From a virus (Duplodnaviria > Caudoviricetes), in the IMG/VR virus record IMGVR_UViG_3300048860_000016, positions 1 to 28,849 of that record: DNA of 28,849 bases; one strand, given 5' to 3'. This document shows positions 24,627 through 28,849 of the stretch, one piece after another. The notes under the pieces were generated by a model. The model saw only the letters and a program-made list of their open reading frames with translations. It was not told the origin of the DNA and made no database searches. Each line of letters starts with the position of its first letter. Positions within the stretch are counted from its first letter, which is position 1. A program made the position numbers and the translations under genes.

Positions 24627-24943
24627 GCCGACACCTGCAGGGCCGACGTTCCGTTCTTGCGCGGTGAGTACTGCGTGTCGATTGCGTCAACGGGGATGCC
24701 GAGGGCGCTGGCGATCGCGGCGAGCATCTGGGCACTCGCTCCGCGGTGGCCGTTTTCGATCGCACTGATGGTGCCGCGCTCGACTGGCTTCGGGAACTCG
24801 AACTCACGGTTGATGTGGTCGCAGACGTCCTGCAGCGTGATGCTCTTCGCCTTGCGGAGCACGCCGATGGTAACGACCGGCGGGCCAACCTTCGGCCGCT
24901 GGTTGGCGTATCGCTGCCGCTTTGTTGGCGTCGCGTTGGGCAT
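24623..24943 (-). CDS. cro: Cro-like XRE HTH regulator
   Basis: LRKAK.ITL..V...RGTISAIENGHRGAS..ML.AIA.AL; divergent from repressor; leaderless ATG 24943. Confidence 0.85.
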   Translation of the reverse strand: MPNATPTKRQRYANQRPKVGPPVVTIGVLRKAKSITLQDVCDHINREFEFPKPVERGTISAIENGHRGASAQMLAAIASALGIPVDAIDTQYSPRKNGTSALQVSA

Positions 24944-24950
24944 GCAGCCA

Positions 24951-24979
24951 ACTGTAGGCAAACATGGGCCAAGTTTCAA
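24951..24979 (-). promoter_or_regulatory. Early lytic promoter (leaderless cro)
   Basis: -35 TTGAAA (24979-24974), 17 nt, -10 TACAGT (24956-24951), ATG 7 nt downstream. Confidence 0.8.
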
Positions 24980-25092
24980 GCAATTCTTGGGCAAACTTAG
25001 GCGTTAGGTGCAGAAACACACTCGTGTAAGAAACAGCCTGATGAGGTATCAGATCAACCGGGTTTGCCGAAGTGCGGTTTTGTTTGCCGAAG
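24953..25092. promoter_or_regulatory. Operator-like repeats GTTTGCCNA(A/C)R in the genetic switch
   Basis: Plus GTTTGCCGAAG at 25062-25072 and 25082-25092; minus GTTTGCCCAAG at 24996-24986 and GTTTGCCTACA at 24963-24953. Confidence 0.7.
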
Positions 25093-25113
25093 TTTTCCGG
25101 CATCGTTGGCCGT

Positions 25114-25878
25114 GTGGAACCCCAGTGGGAACGACTAGGCGAGCACGTCGCCGCCCGCCGCAAGAACCGCGGATGGTCACAAGCGGCCGTCGCCGACCGC
25201 GGTGGGCCGTCCGACACCCTTCAGTCGCGGATAGAAGCCGGGGAATGGCGGCCCTCGCGCGGTGTCGCGGAAACGCTCAAGAAGATCGACGTGGGCCTCG
25301 AATGGGAGGATGGCAGCGCCTCCCGCGTGCTGGACGGCGGCGAGCCGACGCCGCGGCGGCCGGTCAACCGGGATGGCAAGCCTCTTCCCGACCGCGGACG
25401 GCCCGTGATACCTGGCGACAACGACCCCCGAATTCTTGAGCTGTTGGTGGCCGAAGGATGGAGTACGGCGCGGGAATTAGCAGCGGCCGTCACTGCCTCA
25501 GAGCAGCCGTCTGAGCGGCTGCTGGCCGCGACGCGTGACGCCGTACATTTCATCGCCGCGTACCTAATCAGCCGCATCCTCAACAGCCAGCACGCCGCCA
25601 GGATGGACAACTGGCTAAGCCTCCTGTACGTCGAACGCGAACAGCTATACCGACAACTCTCTGATGGAGAGCCGGACTTCCCGTGGCTGTTAACGCGAAG
25701 CGAAGCGAAGGCCGCCTTGGCGACGCTGGAAGAAGAGGTTCGTGAGGCTGCCGACTTGCCGGCCGGACAACGGGCGGCGGCCAAGTCGGAGTACGACCTT
25801 GCGGCCCGCGATGTTGGGCAACCGTCGGAGGGCCGTCGCCGGCGCGACGAGCAGGACCGAGCTGCGGAACAAGACTGA
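25114..25878 (+). CDS. Immunity repressor (XRE HTH, no S24 autopeptidase domain)
   Basis: WERLG..V..RR...G.SQ..VA.RGGPS......IE...TL.K.D.GL.W..GSA...L.GGEP of mycobacteriophage repressors; GTG 25114 preferred. Confidence 0.88.
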   Translation: MEPQWERLGEHVAARRKNRGWSQAAVADRGGPSDTLQSRIEAGEWRPSRGVAETLKKIDVGLEWEDGSASRVLDGGEPTPRRPVNRDGKPLPDRGRPVIPGDNDPRILELLVAEGWSTARELAAAVTASEQPSERLLAATRDAVHFIAAYLISRILNSQHAARMDNWLSLLYVEREQLYRQLSDGEPDFPWLLTRSEAKAALATLEEEVREAADLPAGQRAAAKSEYDLAARDVGQPSEGRRRRDEQDRAAEQD

Positions 25879-25896
25879 GTCGGCGGAGTAGGGCTG

Positions 25897-26361
25897 ATGT
25901 CAACAAAGTCCAAGGGCCGACGGGACGGAAACGCTGCCCGAAAGCAGCATTCGTTCCGCGAGGGAAGCAAGCCAGTGCGTGTGTCGGCGCAGGTGAGAAT
26001 ACCCACGGGCCCCCAGCTCGAAGACGGTTGGCTCACGCAATACGGGACCGACTACTTCCGCGAAGTGCCAAGGTTCGAGAAGCCAGAAGTCGACGTTTCT
26101 GTGTTTCTCGGGAAGCTATCTCTTCGAGAGACGGTCTACGCGATGCTCGGTCGACCACCGGCGGAACATCACCGACACCGCCAATTCCAGGTAACGAAGC
26201 TGGTCACGGCCACATACCGGTGTTTAGATACCGCTAGTCCAGCGAGTCCGAAACATGCGAGCATTTTGGGAAGTTGTGACGGCGACCTGGACGTTCATAA
26301 AGAGTGGTGGTCAAACCCAGGAAGGAAAACGCTAGAATCGATAGCAGAGGATGGGGAGTGA
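25897..26361 (+). CDS. Hypothetical protein, putative ADP-ribosyltransferase-like toxin
   Basis: GGAG SD 18 nt after repressor stop; spaced VR...VSVF...V..L...T....P.HASI motifs; visibly lower GC than flanks. Function is inference. Confidence 0.6.
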   Translation: MSTKSKGRRDGNAARKQHSFREGSKPVRVSAQVRIPTGPQLEDGWLTQYGTDYFREVPRFEKPEVDVSVFLGKLSLRETVYAMLGRPPAEHHRHRQFQVTKLVTATYRCLDTASPASPKHASILGSCDGDLDVHKEWWSNPGRKTLESIAEDGE

Positions 26362-26861
26362 CGATGTTTCCGCAAAGCTTCCGGTTGCGCCAGGCTGATC
26401 GCGGTCTGCGCTGGCTGAGCGACTTCGCGTCCCACTCCGAATCCGCAGGTCTTACGCGGATCCGCGAACGGACCGGATTGCTCCCGATCGGTGATTCAGA
26501 TGGCGCCATTCTCGTCTGGCTTTTTGATGAGAAGCCAGGAGCCACAGAAGTACTTTTCGTGCGGTTGACTGAGGATGAGGCCGACGCCGTCTACTCTGCC
26601 GATCCCTACACGGTCGGTGTCCTAGAGCCTGTCCGTCGGAAGTTGCGAAATCGTTGGGCCGTCCTCGCGGTCAGGTGCGGTCAAGACTTGCACACCCGGC
26701 CATACCGAATCCCGACTCGAGTGACCGAAGAAGCGTTCATCGCGGAGCTCGACAAGACCGCTGCAAGCTGCCCGGCATTTTCGCTGCTCGATCGCCGGAC
26801 GATGGTGCCAGATGCGCAGGTCTTCGCCCAGGACATGGCGCGCGAGCTGGCGTTCGCCTAG
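26358..26861 (+). CDS. Hypothetical protein, putative cognate antitoxin/partner
   Basis: GTGA overlap with upstream gene (alternative ATG 26364); 167 aa; no recognised family. Confidence 0.65.
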   Translation: MTMFPQSFRLRQADRGLRWLSDFASHSESAGLTRIRERTGLLPIGDSDGAILVWLFDEKPGATEVLFVRLTEDEADAVYSADPYTVGVLEPVRRKLRNRWAVLAVRCGQDLHTRPYRIPTRVTEEAFIAELDKTAASCPAFSLLDRRTMVPDAQVFAQDMARELAFA

Positions 26862-26891
26862 CTTCAAACAGATTCGCTTCCCGCGTCGGTC

Positions 26892-26914
26892 TTGTCGGAC
26901 TGCTCCCCTACGTT
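26892..26914 (+). promoter_or_regulatory. PafBC-type (RecA-NDp) DNA-damage promoter
   Basis: tTGTCGG (26892-26898), 10 nt, TACGTT (26909-26914), ATG 7 nt later; matches TGTCGG-N10-TANNNT. Confidence 0.8.
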
Positions 26915-26921
26915 CCTCCTC

Positions 26922-27356
26922 ATGGGGAGATATGACCCGTGGAGGGATCTCGGTCAGCGCACGTACTTGAGTGTGGAGTTCGTCGACGAGCCGACCGGCA
27001 GGCGCGGCTGCATTCGCGGCAACGTCATCTTGATCGACCGCCACCAGCTGCAGGTAGAGCGCCGGTGCACAGTCGCGCATGAACTCGTCCACGACGAACG
27101 CCGGGTATTCCCGACGAACGGCACCCTTCTCGCCCGCGAGGAAGCAGCTGTTGAGCGCACCGCGGCGCGCCGGCTCATCGAGCTCCCTGACCTCGTCGAC
27201 GCGCTGCGCGCGTGCTCGTCGCGGCATGCGCACGACCTGGCCGACCACCTGTGGGTCGACCTGCCGATGCTTGAAGCCCGCATGAACGCGCTCGACCCCG
27301 TCGAGGTGGCCGAACTCGAACACCACCTGGAGGACCAATGGCTGTGGATTCCCTGA
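26922..27356 (+). CDS. immA: ImmA/IrrE-family metallopeptidase (anti-repressor)
   Basis: Y.PW..L...I.I...L.QVERRCTVAHELVH.ER...EE..V...AARRLI...LA..LWVD; HExxH. Confidence 0.9.
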   Translation: MGRYDPWRDLGQRTYLSVEFVDEPTGRRGCIRGNVILIDRHQLQVERRCTVAHELVHDERRVFPTNGTLLAREEAAVERTAARRLIELPDLVDALRACSSRHAHDLADHLWVDLPMLEARMNALDPVEVAELEHHLEDQWLWIP

Positions 27357-27586
27357 CCGACGACGACATCGCGATCCTCGAGTTCGAGAACCAGTTCTGG
27401 CGGACCGCCGAAGCGAAGGAAGATGCGATCCGTGAGCAGTTGGGCCTGACGCCGGTGCGGTACTACACGCGGCTATGCCAACTGCTGCATTCGCAGGCTG
27501 CACTGGCCCACGATCCGGTGCTGGTCAATCGGCTGCGGCGGATCGCCCAGGAGCGGCAGCAGGCACGCACTTTCACGCGGAGGTGA
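27338..27586 (+). CDS. DUF3263 family protein
   Basis: L...D.AIL.FE.Q.W....AKE.AIRE.LG..PVRYY..L..LL....ALA.DPVLVNRLRR; GGAGG SD, overlaps immA end. Confidence 0.9.
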   Translation: MAVDSLTDDDIAILEFENQFWRTAEAKEDAIREQLGLTPVRYYTRLCQLLHSQAALAHDPVLVNRLRRIAQERQQARTFTRR

Positions 27587-27597
27587 GAGATCCGCGG

Positions 27598-27613
27598 TCG
27601 GGCGAGGGCCCGA
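27598..27613. terminator. Short hairpin between convergent transcripts
   Basis: TCGGGC-GAGG-GCCCGA; no U-tract. Confidence 0.3.
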
Positions 27614-27615
27614 GG

Positions 27616-27729
27616 TCAGCGGTTGGCGTCGTCGCGCTTGGTGCTGGGTGGTGCGGTGATGATCCCCCAGATGCAGATGGCCTCGACGACGAGTCCGAGA
27701 CCGAGAAACCCCCACTGAACGGCGTTCAT
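27616..27729 (-). CDS. 37-aa single-TM peptide downstream of integrase
   Basis: MNAVQWGFLGLGLVVEAICIWGIITAPPSTKRDDANR; AGGA SD overlapping the integrase stop. Confidence 0.5.
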   Translation of the reverse strand: MNAVQWGFLGLGLVVEAICIWGIITAPPSTKRDDANR

Positions 27730-27739
27730 AGCCGCGATC

Positions 27740-28849
27740 CTACTGTCCGAGCATGGCGTCAATGGCGTCGGCGTTGCCTTTGCCGCTGGAGCGGTCGAGG
27801 TGGCCATAGACGCCGATCGTCGTGGTGATCGATTCGTGGCCCATGTGCTGCTGCACCGACGGGAGTGGCCGGCCAGCTTGGATGAGCCAGGACGCACAGG
27901 TGTGGCGGAGGTCGTGGATGCGGGGTCGCTTGGTGAGTCCGTCGGCCTGGGCGCGCTTGACGGCCGGGGTCCAGACGTTGGGGTTGAAGGAGTGGATGCG
28001 GACGGGGCCGGTGTCGCCGGCGCGGCCGCGCCCGGAGTTGGTGAACACCCACTCACCCGAGAGGTCGAGTGGCTCGAGCACCCGGGTCGGCACGTTGATG
28101 GTACGGACGCTCATCTTCGTCTTGGGGACGCCGAGGGTGTAGCCGCCGGCGCCGGTCTTCCAGGCGCGGCGGACGCGGACGGTGCCAGCGCGCTGGTCGA
28201 TGTCGCGGGGCTGCAGCGCGGTGGCTTCGGACCACCGGCAGCCCGACGAGACGAGGAACTGCACAAGCGGCCGCCAGTACTCGGGGACCGCGGCGAGCAG
28301 TGTCTGGAACTCGTCGGCTTCGAGGAACACCATCTCTTCGCGGTCCCAGCGCGGAAGCCGGTTGCCGTCGCAGGGGTTGGCGGCGAGGTGCTTGTCTCGG
28401 ACGGCAGCGTTGAGCGCGCCGGCGAGGAAGCCGTGCTTGTTGGCGATCGTCTTGCCGGACTTCCCTGCCGCCTCTTGGGCGGCGATCCAGCGGGCGATGT
28501 CGTCACGTGACAGTGCGGTGAGGGGGATGTCGCCTATGGCCGGGCCGATGTCGTTCTTGACGTAGGCGCGGTAGCGGGCGATGGTGCCGGGTTCGACGCC
28601 GGTGAGGTGGTCGATGTGCTTAGTGAGGTATTGGGTGACGGTCTGGGCCTGGCGGGGAGCCTGGACGATCTTCATGATCTCTCGTGCCTTGTCGCCGCCG
28701 AGCTGCTCGACGAGCTGCTTGCAGTGCTCGGCGTCGGCGTAGTCGTCCCACGAGAGGCATTCGGTCTTGGACTTGCGGCCGCCTTCGCGCCAGTACACCG
28801 AGAAGTAGGCCGTGCCGTCTTTGCGTTTCCGCGGCCGGATCCACGCCAT
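27740..28849 (-). CDS. int: Tyrosine integrase
   Basis: GCRWSE (R), PKT (K), HDLRH, MGH, VYGH catalytic residues; N-terminal arm-binding and SAM-like domains. Confidence 0.97.
   Translation of the reverse strand: MAWIRPRKRKDGTAYFSVYWREGGRKSKTECLSWDDYADAEHCKQLVEQLGGDKAREIMKIVQAPRQAQTVTQYLTKHIDHLTGVEPGTIARYRAYVKNDIGPAIGDIPLTALSRDDIARWIAAQEAAGKSGKTIANKHGFLAGALNAAVRDKHLAANPCDGNRLPRWDREEMVFLEADEFQTLLAAVPEYWRPLVQFLVSSGCRWSEATALQPRDIDQRAGTVRVRRAWKTGAGGYTLGVPKTKMSVRTINVPTRVLEPLDLSGEWVFTNSGRGRAGDTGPVRIHSFNPNVWTPAVKRAQADGLTKRPRIHDLRHTCASWLIQAGRPLPSVQQHMGHESITTTIGVYGHLDRSSGKGNADAIDAMLGQ

Larger units (their letters stand above)
1..28849 (-). mobile_element. Temperate actinobacteriophage/prophage segment (integrase to portal); attachment sites not in window
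   Basis: Colinear integrase, repressor/cro switch, recombination, replication, HNH, terS, terL and portal genes; dense ATGA/GTGA/TGATG gene overlaps; no host housekeeping genes. Confidence 0.97.

Noticed and set aside
24944-25113. LexA SOS box in the switch region or before immA
   Set aside because: No TCGAAC-N4-GTTCGA-like match seen by eye.
27587-27740. attP/attL site next to the integrase 3' end
   Set aside because: No tRNA-like core or arm-type repeats recognised; att most likely lies upstream of int, outside the window.

Overview
High-GC actinobacterial (Mycobacterium/Mycolicibacterium-like) temperate siphovirus prophage, read right to left from the tyrosine integrase (window end) to the portal gene (window start). 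Order on the minus strand: integrase; a plus-strand immunity block (repressor, a two-gene insert, ImmA-like metallopeptidase, DUF3263); cro, GIY-YIG, xis-like; a ~20 kb translationally coupled early operon (DUF732 membrane protein, WhiB2-like, DnaQ-like, two orphan DNA methyltransferases, RecE/RecT-like pair, SLOG, DUF4326, Rep initiator with internal iterons, helicase loader, many small Cys-rich ORFs); an inverted higBA module; late promoter, two HNH genes, probable cos region, terS, terL and portal. Best leads: (i) the anti-repressor gene sits directly behind an exact PafBC/RecA-NDp promoter motif (TGTCGG-N10-TACGTT), suggesting LexA-independent DNA-damage induction; (ii) an ART-like toxin plus partner gene inserted in the repressor transcript, a candidate defence system; (iii) a candidate cis-antisense RNA and a structured RNA in the early operon; (iv) a doubly coupled antisense ORF over a moron gene; (v) several candidate counter-defence genes. 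All family calls come from motif recognition by eye; no database search was run.
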